In this document: piece after piece, positions 9,449 through 20,195 of the stretch
How positions within the stretch are numbered: the first letter of the stretch is position 1
Layout of the letters: the number at the start of each line of letters is the position of its first letter
Origin: Candidatus Micrarchaeota archaeon
Lineage (GTDB): Archaea > Micrarchaeota > Micrarchaeia > Anstonellales > Bilamarchaeaceae
Assembly (NCBI GenBank): GCA_043821365.1
Contig: JBDRCX010000002.1
Coordinates: 64,001 to 128,000, forward strand
Reading direction: 5' to 3'
Length of the DNA: 64,000 nucleotides
Position numbers and translations under genes: made by a program
Notes under the pieces: generated by a model
Seen by the model: only the letters and a program-made list of their open reading frames with translations
Database searches by the model: none
What the model was told of the DNA's origin: nothing

Positions 9449-10222
9449 TCACCCTATATTCTCCCTTAATTTGTTGAAAAATTTCTTTGCTTCTTCGTAG
9501 TCTCTTGCTTTTATCACGTGTTTCAAAAATTCAAGTCTTGCTGTCACATGTTCTAGTTGCGTGAGTGAATATTTATTAAATAAAATTTCAGCAAGTAAAT
9601 TATCCTCTTCAGATAAAAGTCCTTTAGCGAGCAGTCGATGCTTTTTGAATGTTGTCCCTGGCACTGCTTTGGCATCCATACATGCAGCAAATACCATGGT
9701 TGATGCAAATGGCAATGTGAGAGAATATGCCATCATCTCATCATGCTCTTTGAAGGTATAATGGAAAATATTTATCTCCAGTTTCTTTGCAAGATCTTCA
9801 AAGAATTTTGCACCTTCTTGATCTGATTCTTTTATTATGGCCATGTTTTCATTTGAAAGTGCTTCAACATTTGCAAATGTTGGTCCGAACATTGGGTGAA
9901 CAGAAACAAATTTGTGTTTGCATCTCTGATAATATTCTAGTAATTCACCTTTAATCGATGCAACATCACAAATCATACATTTTTTGTCCAAGTGTTTCTC
10001 TATTTCTTGAAAAACTGATATTGTGTTCTCTAAACTTACTGCATTTATGAGTAAATCTGGTGCAGAAGTTTTTAATTCATCCAAACCAGCTAAGACCCTG
10101 CCAATTCCAACTCCGTCTGCTTTTTTTCTATTCCTATCATATAACAAAATCTCGTTATCTCTGGCAAGTTCTTTGGCAAGCCAACTTCCCATTTTTCCAG
10201 TACCTATAATCGCAATCTTCAT
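9449..10222 (-). CDS. tyrA: Prephenate dehydrogenase
   Basis: IIGTGKMG Rossmann motif, DVASIK, SVHPMFGP and EHDEMMA. Start set at the ATG overlapping the pheA stop. Confidence 0.9.
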   Translation of the reverse strand: MKIAIIGTGKMGSWLAKELARDNEILLYDRNRKKADGVGIGRVLAGLDELKTSAPDLLINAVSLENTISVFQEIEKHLDKKCMICDVASIKGELLEYYQRCKHKFVSVHPMFGPTFANVEALSNENMAIIKESDQEGAKFFEDLAKKLEINIFHYTFKEHDEMMAYSLTLPFASTMVFAACMDAKAVPGTTFKKHRLLAKGLLSEEDNLLAEILFNKYSLTQLEHVTARLEFLKHVIKARDYEEAKKFFNKLRENIG

Positions 10223-11274
10223 TTTCCTCCCTCTTTGTAACATCCTAAAAATTTGAACATGGCAGTTTCTTTCTTTACTTTTTCTAATGCGTCCACCACT
10301 TTTCCATCTTGGTCAGATCCTTGGAAATCAAGAAGAAATCCAAACTTTCCAGGATCTTTAACTATTGGTCTTGATTCTATCCTTGTCAAGTTGATGCCAG
10401 TATCAGAGAATATTTTTAAAACTCCAAATAATGCACCGGATTTATGTGCAGTTGAAAAAACAATCGAGCATTTATCTCCTTTTTCCTGGCTCTTTTCTCT
10501 TGATAGAACAACAAACCTAGTAAGATTTGATTCATGATCCTCTATGTTCTCTTTGAGAACCTCAAGTCCATATATATCTGCACAAAGCTTGCTTGCAATG
10601 GCAGCAGCTGCAGCTGGCCTTTCGTTGGAAATCATCATCGCAGCTCCAGCCGTATCATAGTATGGCCTTGCTTCAAGTTTATTTCTTGCAATAAATCCTC
10701 TGCACTGAGACAATGCCTGTGGGTGTGAATAAATAACTTTTATGTCTCGATGATCTGTTTCTGGTATAGTAAGCAAACAATGGTGAATTGGAACTTTTAT
10801 TTCCCCGACAATTTTTAGTCCTGTCTCAACAAGAAGGTCATTCACCTGGGTGACTGATCCGCCCAATGAATTTTCAACAGGCACTATGCCAAAGTCGAAC
10901 TGACCATTTTCTACACCGTTAAAGACTTCCCCAAATTCATTGCAAGGTATTGGTACCCATGATTTGTTCAATGCCCTAACAGCAACTTCACTATAGGCCC
11001 CATGCTCCCCTTGAAAACCAACTAACCGTGGGTCCTGTTCTTGCAGAAGTTTTGATTCTCCAAGTATTTCACTATAAACCTTTTCACTAAATTCTGGTCT
11101 TATCAATCCACGTTGCGTTTTCACTTTCTTCATTATTTCAGTTTCCCTTACTGGGTCAGGAACTTCTTGTTTCAATTTCTTTGTCCTAAGTGCAAACTCC
11201 ATCCTTTTGTTGAGCAATTTAAGTATTTCAGAATCTATCAAATCTATTCTTTTACGTAATTCATTCAATTCCAT
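10219..11274 (-). CDS. pheA: Chorismate mutase/prephenate dehydratase (P-protein) with ACT domain
   Basis: LRKRIDLIDSEILKLLNKR (AroQ), FQGEHGAYSE, VPVENS, SHPQALSQC and NLTRIESRP. Confidence 0.95.
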   Translation of the reverse strand: MELNELRKRIDLIDSEILKLLNKRMEFALRTKKLKQEVPDPVRETEIMKKVKTQRGLIRPEFSEKVYSEILGESKLLQEQDPRLVGFQGEHGAYSEVAVRALNKSWVPIPCNEFGEVFNGVENGQFDFGIVPVENSLGGSVTQVNDLLVETGLKIVGEIKVPIHHCLLTIPETDHRDIKVIYSHPQALSQCRGFIARNKLEARPYYDTAGAAMMISNERPAAAAAIASKLCADIYGLEVLKENIEDHESNLTRFVVLSREKSQEKGDKCSIVFSTAHKSGALFGVLKIFSDTGINLTRIESRPIVKDPGKFGFLLDFQGSDQDGKVVDALEKVKKETAMFKFLGCYKEGGK

Positions 11275-11275
11275 T

Positions 11276-12271
11276 CTAATCCCTCCAAATTCTTGGTATT
11301 TTTTGCTCCAAGAGCATAAGGTCAGCAAATACGATTGCAGCTACAGCTTCAACAACAACCGGAATTCGTAATGCTATACATGAATCGTGCCTTCCTTCTA
11401 CGCGTATCTCTGTATTCTTATTTGTCTTTAGATCAATAGTTTTGCCTTCTTTTCCTATGCTTGAAGTTGGTTTTACAACAACTCTAAAGACGATTTCGTT
11501 TCCATTTGTTAATCCCCCATTTATACCGCCTGCGTTGTTTGTTGTTGTTTTTCCATTTCTATCAATAATAGCATCATTACATTCGCTTCCTTTCATCTTT
11601 GCACTAGCAAAACCAGAACCAAACTCAATTCCTTTGATTGCAGGTATCGAGAAGATGATGTGGCTGATCAATGATTCAACAGAATCAAAAAATGGTTCAC
11701 CAAGTCCAATAGGAACTTCATCTATTTTACATTCAACTATTCCGCCTATTGAATCTCCCTCACTAATTGCAGTTTCTACATTCTTTTCTATATCGTTACT
11801 TCCGCCTACTTCTGTTAATTTCGCTTCAATTTTTGATGGTGCAACAAGTTTTTTTGCAACAACTCCAGCAGCAACAAGTCCAGTAGTTAAACGTCCTGAG
11901 AAATGCCCTCCTCCTCTGTAATCATTAAATCCATGGAATTTCTGAAATGCAACAAAGTCTGCGTGTCCGGGTCTTGGTGTATTCTTTATTTTTTCATAAG
12001 AAGAAGAATCCACATTTTTATTTTCGAATTCAATGACTATTGGTGCACCAGTTGTTTTCCCATTAAATACTCCACTCTTTATCTTTGGTGAATCACTTTC
12101 TTTTCTCGGTGTGGTTCCTTTTTTACCAGCTTTTCTTCTTTCCAAATCAAATTCCAATTCATTCTCCTCTAGTGGCAATCCTGCTGGGCATCCCTCAATG
12201 ACTACCCCAACTATTTGACCATGTGATTCTCCAAACATAGTTACTCTAAATAATCTTCCAAATGTGTTCAT
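11276..12271 (-). CDS. aroC: Chorismate synthase
   Basis: FGESHG, PRPGHAD, GGGHFSGRLT and GRHDSC. Confidence 0.97.
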   Translation of the reverse strand: MNTFGRLFRVTMFGESHGQIVGVVIEGCPAGLPLEENELEFDLERRKAGKKGTTPRKESDSPKIKSGVFNGKTTGAPIVIEFENKNVDSSSYEKIKNTPRPGHADFVAFQKFHGFNDYRGGGHFSGRLTTGLVAAGVVAKKLVAPSKIEAKLTEVGGSNDIEKNVETAISEGDSIGGIVECKIDEVPIGLGEPFFDSVESLISHIIFSIPAIKGIEFGSGFASAKMKGSECNDAIIDRNGKTTTNNAGGINGGLTNGNEIVFRVVVKPTSSIGKEGKTIDLKTNKNTEIRVEGRHDSCIALRIPVVVEAVAAIVFADLMLLEQKIPRIWRD

Positions 12272-13503
12272 GCTCTCAACCTCTTCAAGTCTTCAAAAAA
12301 TTTAGGGTAGGATTTTGATACGCATTCGTGGTTTTTTATTTCAACACCAGTTTCAGAGTTTAGTGCTGCTATTGCTCCTGCCATTGCGATCCTATGGTCC
12401 CCGTGGGAATCGATGATCCCACCTTTTAGCTTCCCACCTACTATTTCCATTCTATCATCAATAATCTTTATGTTGGCTCCAATTTTTGTAAACTCATCTA
12501 GAAGTGCGGTTGCTCTATTGCTTTCTTTGTGCAATAATCTGCCAACACCGCTAATAACACTTTTACCTTTACAATTGCATGCTAATGCAACAAGTGGTGG
12601 AAATAGATCTGGTGAATTTGTTGCATCAAATTCAAATGCTTGGAGTTCTGATCTTGAAACAGAAACTGAATTTTTACTTAATTTAATATTTGCCCATGTC
12701 TTCACTAAAACTGACAATATCTCTTGGTCAGGTTGATCACTATCTGTTAATTCTTCTAATCCTACTTCGCCTGCAATTGCCCCTGCAACAAGCATAAAAG
12801 CTGCCCCAGACCAATCACCTTCAATTGTTATCTCTCTGCCTTTGTAAGCTTGGTTCCCATCAACTTCAAGCATTGTCATTCCTTCATCTAATCTGACACT
12901 ACCACCAAACGAAGAAACAACTGATTTAGTCATTGTTACATATGATTTACTTTTCAAATTTACTATCTTGACTACAGAATCATTTCTACACATTGGCAAT
13001 GCAATTAACAATCCACTTACAAATTGCGAACTTACACTACCGTCTACTGTTATTTCTCCGCCTTTTATCGGTCCTTTTACTGTTATTGGTGGTTTTTTGT
13101 TGTTAGTGCTAACCTCTGCGCCCATATCCCTTAATGGTTTTTCTATCATATCAACTGGTCTGTTTAGCAAAGAACTCTTTCCAGTTATTGATATTTTTTT
13201 ATTGAAGAGAGCTGCAATTGGTGTGAACATCCTCATGCAAAACCCTGATTCATTGCAATTTAATGTATCTGATACTGGTCCATTCTCACTACCGATTATT
13301 TCAACAAAGTCATTGTTGACAACTACTCTTGCACCTAATGCTTTTACTATTTCAATTGCTGCAAGTGAATCATCACAAAAAGAAGGATTTGCTATTGTTG
13401 ATGTGCCTTTAGCTAATGCTGCTATTGCAACAGCGCGTTGCATCATGCTTTTTGATGGTGGTGCTTTTATTTTACCAGCAACACTACCAGGCGTTATCTT
13501 CAT
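12268..13503 (-). CDS. aroA: EPSP synthase
   Basis: PPSKS, NESG..MR, SSQFVSG, KESNRA and DHRIAMA. Confidence 0.97.
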   Translation of the reverse strand: MKITPGSVAGKIKAPPSKSMMQRAVAIAALAKGTSTIANPSFCDDSLAAIEIVKALGARVVVNNDFVEIIGSENGPVSDTLNCNESGFCMRMFTPIAALFNKKISITGKSSLLNRPVDMIEKPLRDMGAEVSTNNKKPPITVKGPIKGGEITVDGSVSSQFVSGLLIALPMCRNDSVVKIVNLKSKSYVTMTKSVVSSFGGSVRLDEGMTMLEVDGNQAYKGREITIEGDWSGAAFMLVAGAIAGEVGLEELTDSDQPDQEILSVLVKTWANIKLSKNSVSVSRSELQAFEFDATNSPDLFPPLVALACNCKGKSVISGVGRLLHKESNRATALLDEFTKIGANIKIIDDRMEIVGGKLKGGIIDSHGDHRIAMAGAIAALNSETGVEIKNHECVSKSYPKFFEDLKRLRA

Positions 13504-14767
13504 TTAGAATCCTCTCGGTTATTTGTTTTGGTATTCTGCCATCAGTTATTATTATGGCATCAGCTGTTTTTGCGTAAAGTGCCTTTCTTTTTTCAAGTAT
13601 CTGCTTTATTACTTCGCTGCGTTCATCAACATTAAGCAATGGTCTTTCCTTTCCCTGAACTCGTTTTTCTATTGTCTCAGGTGTTGCCCACAACCAAAAA
13701 ACAACTGCATTCTGTTTGATTATTTCTATGTTTTCTTGGTTCAGTACAACGCCGCCTCCACATGCAACTATTTTGTCTTTTATGTTGGCTAATTTTCTGA
13801 TCTGTGCTATTTCCATCTCTCTGAACTTGTCTTCTCCGTACTCCTGAAATATTGCACTTATCTTTTGTTCGTGCTGTGTTTCTATCTCATGATCACTATC
13901 AAAGATTCCTTTTCCTGTTCTCTCTGCCAATTCTATTGCGTTGGCTGTTTTTCCACTTCCCATCATTCCTACAAGTGCAATGTTAGTTGGTTTTGTTGTC
14001 TTCTGATCAATTACTGTTCTTATCATTTCAAAAGGTACTTTCCTCCCTGTGAATAATTCGAATACTTTTACTCCATGGTGGGCAAGCCATTCCTTTCCAT
14101 CTATTGTTTTACAGCCAACCTCTTTTCCATCTTTAATTAGTTGTGTTTCTTTCGCATAATTGGCATCAATAATTATCATTTCTTTTTTCAAAAGTTCTTT
14201 TGGTACAACTCTTTCATATGTGCTCAATGCAGAAATTAGAATGCAATTAGGTTCTAATTGTTTTTCTAATTCAGAAAGAGGAGAATATTCACATCCAAAT
14301 ATGTTTGCAATTTCCTTTGCTTTTTCAACAGTTCTGTTTACAACTGTGACTTTCATTCCTAAAGAAACAACTGCTGCAATGGCTGCTTTTGCAGCACCCC
14401 CTGCACCAAGCACAACTATCCTCTTATTATCAGTATCTTCTGCAGATAAAATTCCCACAACTCCGTCCACGTCTGTATTCATTCCAATTGTCTTTTCATT
14501 ATCAAACAATATTGTGTTCACCGCACCAAGTTTTTTTGCAACTGGATCAAGTTCGACTATTTTGGCCATTTCCTCTTTGAAAGGAGTTGTTATATTCAGT
14601 GCTTTGATTCCAATGGCCTTTGCAGTTTCAAGAGCTTCTTCAGCATTTTCTGCAGCTAAGCGTGTATAAACTGCATCAACTCCAAGTTCCTGAAACACAG
14701 AGTTCATCATCTGCGGGCTTCTACTATGTAATATTGGTTTTCCAACAACAGCAAAAATATCAGTCAT
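13484..14767 (-). CDS. aroE: Shikimate dehydrogenase-shikimate kinase fusion (AroE-AroK)
   Basis: N-terminal HSRSP, NITTPFK, AVNT, NTDVDG and LGAGGAA. C-terminal P-loop GMMGSGKT, FREME, CGGGVV and RPLL. Start set at the ATG overlapping the aroD stop. Confidence 0.92.
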   Translation of the reverse strand: MTDIFAVVGKPILHSRSPQMMNSVFQELGVDAVYTRLAAENAEEALETAKAIGIKALNITTPFKEEMAKIVELDPVAKKLGAVNTILFDNEKTIGMNTDVDGVVGILSAEDTDNKRIVVLGAGGAAKAAIAAVVSLGMKVTVVNRTVEKAKEIANIFGCEYSPLSELEKQLEPNCILISALSTYERVVPKELLKKEMIIIDANYAKETQLIKDGKEVGCKTIDGKEWLAHHGVKVFELFTGRKVPFEMIRTVIDQKTTKPTNIALVGMMGSGKTANAIELAERTGKGIFDSDHEIETQHEQKISAIFQEYGEDKFREMEIAQIRKLANIKDKIVACGGGVVLNQENIEIIKQNAVVFWLWATPETIEKRVQGKERPLLNVDERSEVIKQILEKRKALYAKTADAIIITDGRIPKQITERILNEDNAW

Positions 14768-15402
14768 TCTATCCCTAATTTCCCAAGAATCTCTTGGATT
14801 TCTGATTTTGTCATCTGCCCTTCTGCAGTTTCTTTTCCTTTTTCCAAACATGCAAATGTAAATGGGCTTCCTAAAATCGGTGCAACTATTCTTGTTATTT
14901 TTCCTTTCCCTCCCATCCCTATGACTATTATTTTTTTCTCACTATCTATCAACCCCAAAAGCCTTGCATTGTCTCTATTGGTATTCACCAAACAAGCTAT
15001 TTTTGCAATGTCTGCACCTGATTGAAAGCACCAATTCACTATTTGAGATAGTTCTGCTTCTGAAGGTGTTTTTTTGTAGTCATGGTAGGAAACTATAACT
15101 TTGCAATTTTTTGCCTTTGCCATATTTATGATTTCTTTTTTGTATTCATCACTAGCATCAACTTCAATATCAACAAAAGAAGCCCCGAAATTTATTGCGT
15201 TCAATAATATCCTCTTTCTTTCAGCGTCAGTGAGATTTTCAGGTCTGCATGTTGCAATTAGTTTTATTTTTTGTGAAAAAATCTCCTTTATGGTCTGACT
15301 GTCATTTGGAGTCTTGTCTAGTCTTATTTCTGCTAATTCAAGACCTTGGAGCACATTTATGCATTTTTCCAAATCAGGTTCAGCAATACTAACACAAATC
15401 AT
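14764..15402 (-). CDS. aroD: 3-dehydroquinate dehydratase type I
   Basis: EIRLD, IATCRP, VSYHDY, DIAKIA and GMG..G...R. Confidence 0.93.
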   Translation of the reverse strand: MICVSIAEPDLEKCINVLQGLELAEIRLDKTPNDSQTIKEIFSQKIKLIATCRPENLTDAERKRILLNAINFGASFVDIEVDASDEYKKEIINMAKAKNCKVIVSYHDYKKTPSEAELSQIVNWCFQSGADIAKIACLVNTNRDNARLLGLIDSEKKIIVIGMGGKGKITRIVAPILGSPFTFACLEKGKETAEGQMTKSEIQEILGKLGIE

Positions 15403-16414
15403 TCACAACACCTTCCAATTCTTCGATGCTGATCTCATCTATTTTACATCTACCTATCCCCTGAAGTAATGCCATCCTTATCTTATTACCGAATTTTTTC
15501 TTGTCTTTTTTGATGGCATCAATGAGTTTTTCTTTATTATCAGTTTTTGTTGGTAACCTGTATTGTCTAATCAAATTTTCTATTCTTTCTGCATCTTTTT
15601 TCTCTAATAATCCTTTTTGTAAAGATAAATTTGTTGCTGCTACCATGCCAATTGCTACTGCTTCGCCGTGCGGTATCTTTGTTGTTTTTTCAATTGCATG
15701 CCCAATGGTATGGCCAAAATTTAGTTTCATCCGTTCTCCTTTTTCTAATTCATCTTTTTTTACAATACTTAGTTTGACATTGATAGAATCATGGACTATT
15801 TTTTCTATTGTTGTTCTGTGGAGAGAAAGTGCCTTCTCATTATTTGTTTCCAAATATGAGAACAATGAAGAATCACCAATTGCTGCTTGTTTGATGACTT
15901 CTGCAAAACCACATCGCAATTCAATCAATGGCAATGTCTTCAGAACGTCGAAATCACATATGCAAAAATTTGGTTGGTTGATCACACCAACTAGGTTTTT
16001 GTAACCCTCGAGGTTCACTCCATTTTTTCCTCCAATACTGGCATCAACTTGCGCAAGAAGGGTTGTTGGAACAAAACCAAATTGTATTCCCCTCAAATAT
16101 GTTGATGCAACAAAACCAGTAACATCACAAACAATGCCCCCCCCAACACCAACTAATAATGAAGATCTGTCAATCTCACTGTCAAGTAATTTTTTGTAGA
16201 CTTTTTTTACTGTTTCAAGTGTTTTGTTTTCTTCACCTGGATTAATCTCAATAACCTCAAACCCATCCAACTTATCTGCATGAAATCTCCTGACATTGCT
16301 ATCTGTTATAATGGTGGTTTTTCTTTCTTCACAGTGGCTTCTGAGGTTTTCTATCGAATCCCCAAGTATTATCTGGCATTTTCCTCTCATACCATCAAGT
16401 TCAATTACTCTCAT
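15389..16414 (-). CDS. aroB: 3-dehydroquinate synthase
   Basis: [36 protein letters not shown] and HGEAVAIGM. Confidence 0.96.
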   Translation of the reverse strand: MRVIELDGMRGKCQIILGDSIENLRSHCEERKTTIITDSNVRRFHADKLDGFEVIEINPGEENKTLETVKKVYKKLLDSEIDRSSLLVGVGGGIVCDVTGFVASTYLRGIQFGFVPTTLLAQVDASIGGKNGVNLEGYKNLVGVINQPNFCICDFDVLKTLPLIELRCGFAEVIKQAAIGDSSLFSYLETNNEKALSLHRTTIEKIVHDSINVKLSIVKKDELEKGERMKLNFGHTIGHAIEKTTKIPHGEAVAIGMVAATNLSLQKGLLEKKDAERIENLIRQYRLPTKTDNKEKLIDAIKKDKKKFGNKIRMALLQGIGRCKIDEISIEELEGVVNDLC

Positions 16415-17223
16415 TTAAGCTCCCCCATCTTTTCTTTAAGCTGCCTAACCTTCTTAGCCATATCTGTAAATTGGGGCGGTGTCAATGCCTGGTCCTTATC
16501 ACTCAATGCTTCTGGAGGGTTTCTGTGTACCTCTACTATTATTCCATCTGCACCACATGCAACTGATGCCAGACTCATTGGTTCTATCAGACTGATCCTT
16601 CCTGTTCCATGAGTTGGATCAGTAATTACTGGGAGGTGAGTTAATTCTTTTACTGCCGGTACTGAGCTTAGATCAAGCGTGTTTCTTGTGTAAGTTTCGA
16701 ATGTTCTTATTCCACGTTCACATAGAATGACATCTGGATTTCCATCATTGAGTATGTACTCAGCACAGTTCAACCATTCCTCAATAGTAGAGTACATTCC
16801 TCTTTTGAGCAGGATTGGTTTGTTTGCTCGGCCAACTTCCTTTAACAAAGAGAAATTCTGCATATTTCTTGCTCCAATCTGTAGAACATCTGCGTATTCA
16901 CAAACCCAGGAAACATCTCGTGTGTCAATGACTTCAGTTACAATTGGCAAGCCAGTTTCATCCCTTGCTTTTTCAAGTATTTTCAATCCCTTGAGACCAA
17001 GACCCTGGAAAGCATAAGGTGAAGTTCTTGGTTTGAATGCCCCTCCTCGGAGCATATCTGCTCCTGCTTCTTTCACTGCTCTTGCAGTTTCAAGTGTTTG
17101 TTCTTCACTTTCAACACTACACGGGCCTGCAATTATTGTAAATCCCTGTCCAACCTTTACATTTCCAATGCGGACAACTGTTCTTCCGCTTCCATTTAAT
17201 CCAGCTAATTTTATATTTTTCAT
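16411..17223 (-). CDS. aroF: DAHP synthase, type I-beta, catalytic domain only
   Basis: [35 protein letters not shown] and DPTHGTG. Start chosen from the GAGGT SD 8 nt upstream. Confidence 0.94.
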   Translation of the reverse strand: MKNIKLAGLNGSGRTVVRIGNVKVGQGFTIIAGPCSVESEEQTLETARAVKEAGADMLRGGAFKPRTSPYAFQGLGLKGLKILEKARDETGLPIVTEVIDTRDVSWVCEYADVLQIGARNMQNFSLLKEVGRANKPILLKRGMYSTIEEWLNCAEYILNDGNPDVILCERGIRTFETYTRNTLDLSSVPAVKELTHLPVITDPTHGTGRISLIEPMSLASVACGADGIIVEVHRNPPEALSDKDQALTPPQFTDMAKKVRQLKEKMGELK

Positions 17224-17240
17224 AATCATATACCTCATTC

Positions 17241-17352
17241 AATCAAAATCAACTCGCCAACGTCGAGTTCATCAAATAAAAATCAATACCTCTAATCATC
17301 ATAAGCATCAGGAAAACCCCATTAATATAATTTGTTTAGTGGTTCTCCTGAT
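17241..17352 (-). promoter_or_regulatory. Candidate attenuator region: hairpins and U-tracts between the leader ORF and aroF
   Basis: RNA AUCAGGAGAACC pairs with GGUUUUCCUGAU (17341-17352/17307-17318); U-tract at 17274-17286; hairpin AACUCG/CGAGUU (17251-17269) followed by a second U-rich tract. Confidence 0.5.
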
Positions 17353-17413
17353 ATCGATAGCTAAAGCTGAAATAATAGAAGAAGTTTTTCCAATTGTTTT
17401 CAGCTATCGTCAT
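17336..17413 (-). CDS. Putative aromatic amino acid leader peptide MTIAENNWKNFFYYFSFSYRYQENH
   Basis: Hand-translated 25-codon ORF in the trpA-aroF gap; 9 aromatic residues (1 W, 4 F, 4 Y) within residues 8-21. Confidence 0.7.
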   Translation of the reverse strand: MTIAENNWKNFFYYFSFSYRYQENH

Positions 17414-17468
17414 GTGAACCATCAATTTTATATGTTCATTAAATTTCTGATATCTTTTATTTATATAG

Positions 17469-18269
17469 CTATGTATCATCTTTCTCCCTCAGAACTTTTG
17501 TTATTTTCTTAGTGAATTCTGCAATTTCATCACATGCTTTATCTACGTCATCTAGATGATTTGAATAAATATCTACTAATTTACTGCCAATAATTATACC
17601 ATCTGCATCTGAATTTGAAAATATTCTGGCTTGTTTTTCATCTGATATTCCAAATCCTGCAACTATTGGTGTTTTTGTGATTTTTTTTGCCTGCTTTATT
17701 AGTTCAATTGCTTCTGATGATACTGTGTCTCGCATTCCAGTGGTTCCAAGAACTGATACTGCATATAAAAAACCAGCAGACTTTTCAGCAATTTTTTTCA
17801 TGCGATTTTCTGGTGTGTTTGGCGTAATGAAATATATCAAGGCAATTCCATTTTTTTTACATAAATTATCTAGTTCTTCTGACTCATCAATAGTAATATC
17901 AGGCACTATAAGTCCATCTGCCCCTGCTTCTTTTATTTCATTTACGAAGTTTTCAATTCCGTTTGAGTAAACTATGTTGTAATAGGTCATTACCATAATT
18001 GGTACATTGATTTTCATTTCACGTAATTTTGAAATAATATCAAGTGCTTTTTTCGGTGTCATTCCATTAGTTAGTGCTCTGTTTGATGCAGTTTGTATGA
18101 GTTTTCCGTCAGCAATTGGATCAGAAAAAGGAATGCCAAGTTCTATTGCTCCTGCTCCGTTTGCAACGAGTGTTTGAATAATTCTTATTGTGAACTCTTC
18201 TGATGGATCACCGCAGCATACATAAGGCATGAACACAGTTTCATTTTGGAATAAATTATCTAACGTCAT
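17469..18269 (-). CDS. trpA: Tryptophan synthase alpha chain
   Basis: [31 protein letters not shown] and GFGIS. Confidence 0.97.
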   Translation of the reverse strand: MTLDNLFQNETVFMPYVCCGDPSEEFTIRIIQTLVANGAGAIELGIPFSDPIADGKLIQTASNRALTNGMTPKKALDIISKLREMKINVPIMVMTYYNIVYSNGIENFVNEIKEAGADGLIVPDITIDESEELDNLCKKNGIALIYFITPNTPENRMKKIAEKSAGFLYAVSVLGTTGMRDTVSSEAIELIKQAKKITKTPIVAGFGISDEKQARIFSNSDADGIIIGSKLVDIYSNHLDDVDKACDEIAEFTKKITKVLREKDDT

Positions 18270-19429
18270 AATATCCCCTCTAACCTTCTAACATAATCAA
18301 CATCTTTGTCTCCTCTTCCTGAAAGATTTACAATAATTACTTTGTCCTGTTCAAGATTTTTTGCTATTTTAACTGCATGCGCTATCGCATGTGCACTTTC
18401 AAGAGCAGGTATGATTCCTTCTGTTGATGATAACATATGGAATGCATCTAGTGCTTCATCATCATTTGCAGTTACGTATTCTACCTTGTCCATTTCATCA
18501 AGCATCGCATGTTCTGGTCCAACAGCAGGATAATCTAAACCAGCTGAAACAGAATGCGTTTCTTTTACTTGGCCTGCATCATCTTGGAGCAAGTAAGTCA
18601 ACATACCATGTAAGACTCCCCTCTTCCCATCACCACAGAGTCTTGCTGCATGTTTTTTTCCATCTCCGCCTGCTTCAACCCCGATCATCCTAATATTATC
18701 ATTAAGAAACGGGTGAAACAATCCAATTGCATTGCTTCCTCCACCCACACATGCAATCAAGCAATCTGGTAATTTGTTTTCATAATCTATTATCTGTTTT
18801 TTTGCTTCTTTTCCAATTACTGATTGAAAATCACGTACCATTGTTGGATAAGGATGTGGGCCAAGAGCTGACCCTATAAGGTAATGAGTTGTTCCAAAAT
18901 TAGCAGTATAATCACGCATTGCATCGTTTATTGCATCCTTGAGTGTCTTAGAACCGGTTTCAACTATTCTTAATTTAGCACCAAGCAGTTTCATCCGATA
19001 AACATTGGGTGTCTGACGTTCTGCATCTGTTTTACCCATATAAATATCACATTCCATACCAAGAAGGGCAGCAACAGTTGCAGTTGCAACTCCATGTTGG
19101 CCTGCTCCAGTTTCTGCAATTATTCTTTTTTTCCCCATTTTTTTTGCTAACAATGCCTGCCCCAATGCATTGTTTATTTTATGTGCGCCCGTGTGAAGTA
19201 AATCTTCTCTCTTAAGGTAGATTTTTGCTCCACCAACTTCTCCAGTCAATCTCTCTGCAAAATAAAGTGGTGTTTCTCTTCCTGCGTATGTTTTTAGGTA
19301 ATTATCCAGCATGTTTTGGAATTCTTTGTCCATTTTTATTTCTCCATATGCATGCTCAAGTTCTGTTAATGCTGGAACTAATGTTTCTGGTATAAACTGT
19401 CCGCCATATTTCCCAAAGTATCTATCCAT
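18266..19429 (-). CDS. trpB: Tryptophan synthase beta chain (TrpB1 type)
   Basis: [39 protein letters not shown] and NLSGRGDKD. Confidence 0.98.
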   Translation of the reverse strand: MDRYFGKYGGQFIPETLVPALTELEHAYGEIKMDKEFQNMLDNYLKTYAGRETPLYFAERLTGEVGGAKIYLKREDLLHTGAHKINNALGQALLAKKMGKKRIIAETGAGQHGVATATVAALLGMECDIYMGKTDAERQTPNVYRMKLLGAKLRIVETGSKTLKDAINDAMRDYTANFGTTHYLIGSALGPHPYPTMVRDFQSVIGKEAKKQIIDYENKLPDCLIACVGGGSNAIGLFHPFLNDNIRMIGVEAGGDGKKHAARLCGDGKRGVLHGMLTYLLQDDAGQVKETHSVSAGLDYPAVGPEHAMLDEMDKVEYVTANDDEALDAFHMLSSTEGIIPALESAHAIAHAVKIAKNLEQDKVIIVNLSGRGDKDVDYVRRLEGIL

Positions 19430-20195
19430 TTTTTGCACCTTCCTTAAGCTCTTTTATTTTCTCTTCAATGTTATCTGATTTCCAGATAGCAGTTCCAACT
19501 AAAACTCCGCTTGCACCTGATGATCTAACAAATGCAACATCATTTGCATTTCTAATTCCACTTTCGCTTATCACTGGTCTATCTACGTTTCCAATATCAT
19601 CAAGGATTTTCTTTGTTCTTCCAATGTCTATTTTCAAAGTATCAAGATCTCGATTATTTATTCCTAAAATGTCTGCTTTGGTTTTCATTGCAGTTCTCAT
19701 TTCATCTTCGTCATAACTTTCAAGAAGTACTTCAAGTTCGTTTTCATGTGCTATTTCTATAAGTTCATCAAGGTCAAGTTCGAGTTTTTTAGCAACTTTT
19801 ACAATAAGCAGTATTGCATCTGCTCCAACATTTCTTGCTGCTTCGATTTGTTTTCGTTCAATTATGAAATCTTTGAATAATACAGGCAATCCTGCCTTTT
19901 TCGCCAAAGGTACGTCTCCTATATTTCCCTTGAATATTGTTGGTTCAACAACCACTGAAATTGCATCTGCCCCACTATTGACAAAACTCATGGCAGAACC
20001 TTCAACATCCATTTCATCAAAAGAATACTCTCCTGCAGGTGAAGCATGCTTTATTTCTGTTATTATGATGAATTTTTCAGATCTGATTCTTTGTATTAAT
20101 GAGCATCTGGGACCAACAACTCGTGATCGGACATTATAGTACCCAGTGGATATATTTTCCTTTGCGTGTTCTATAAATTTATCAAGCAAGTTCAT
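19422..20195 (-). CDS. trpC: Indole-3-glycerol-phosphate synthase (no TrpF domain fused)
   Basis: EIKHASP, LFKDFI, GINNRDL, ISESGI and LVGTA. Confidence 0.95.
   Translation of the reverse strand: MNLLDKFIEHAKENISTGYYNVRSRVVGPRCSLIQRIRSEKFIIITEIKHASPAGEYSFDEMDVEGSAMSFVNSGADAISVVVEPTIFKGNIGDVPLAKKAGLPVLFKDFIIERKQIEAARNVGADAILLIVKVAKKLELDLDELIEIAHENELEVLLESYDEDEMRTAMKTKADILGINNRDLDTLKIDIGRTKKILDDIGNVDRPVISESGIRNANDVAFVRSSGASGVLVGTAIWKSDNIEEKIKELKEGAKNG

Noticed and set aside
17033-17512. 159-aa plus-strand ORF spanning the trpA-aroF gap; considered as a missing trpF
   Set aside because: Wrong strand, overlaps aroF and trpA, and has no PRAI motifs. The minus-strand leader ORF explains the region better.
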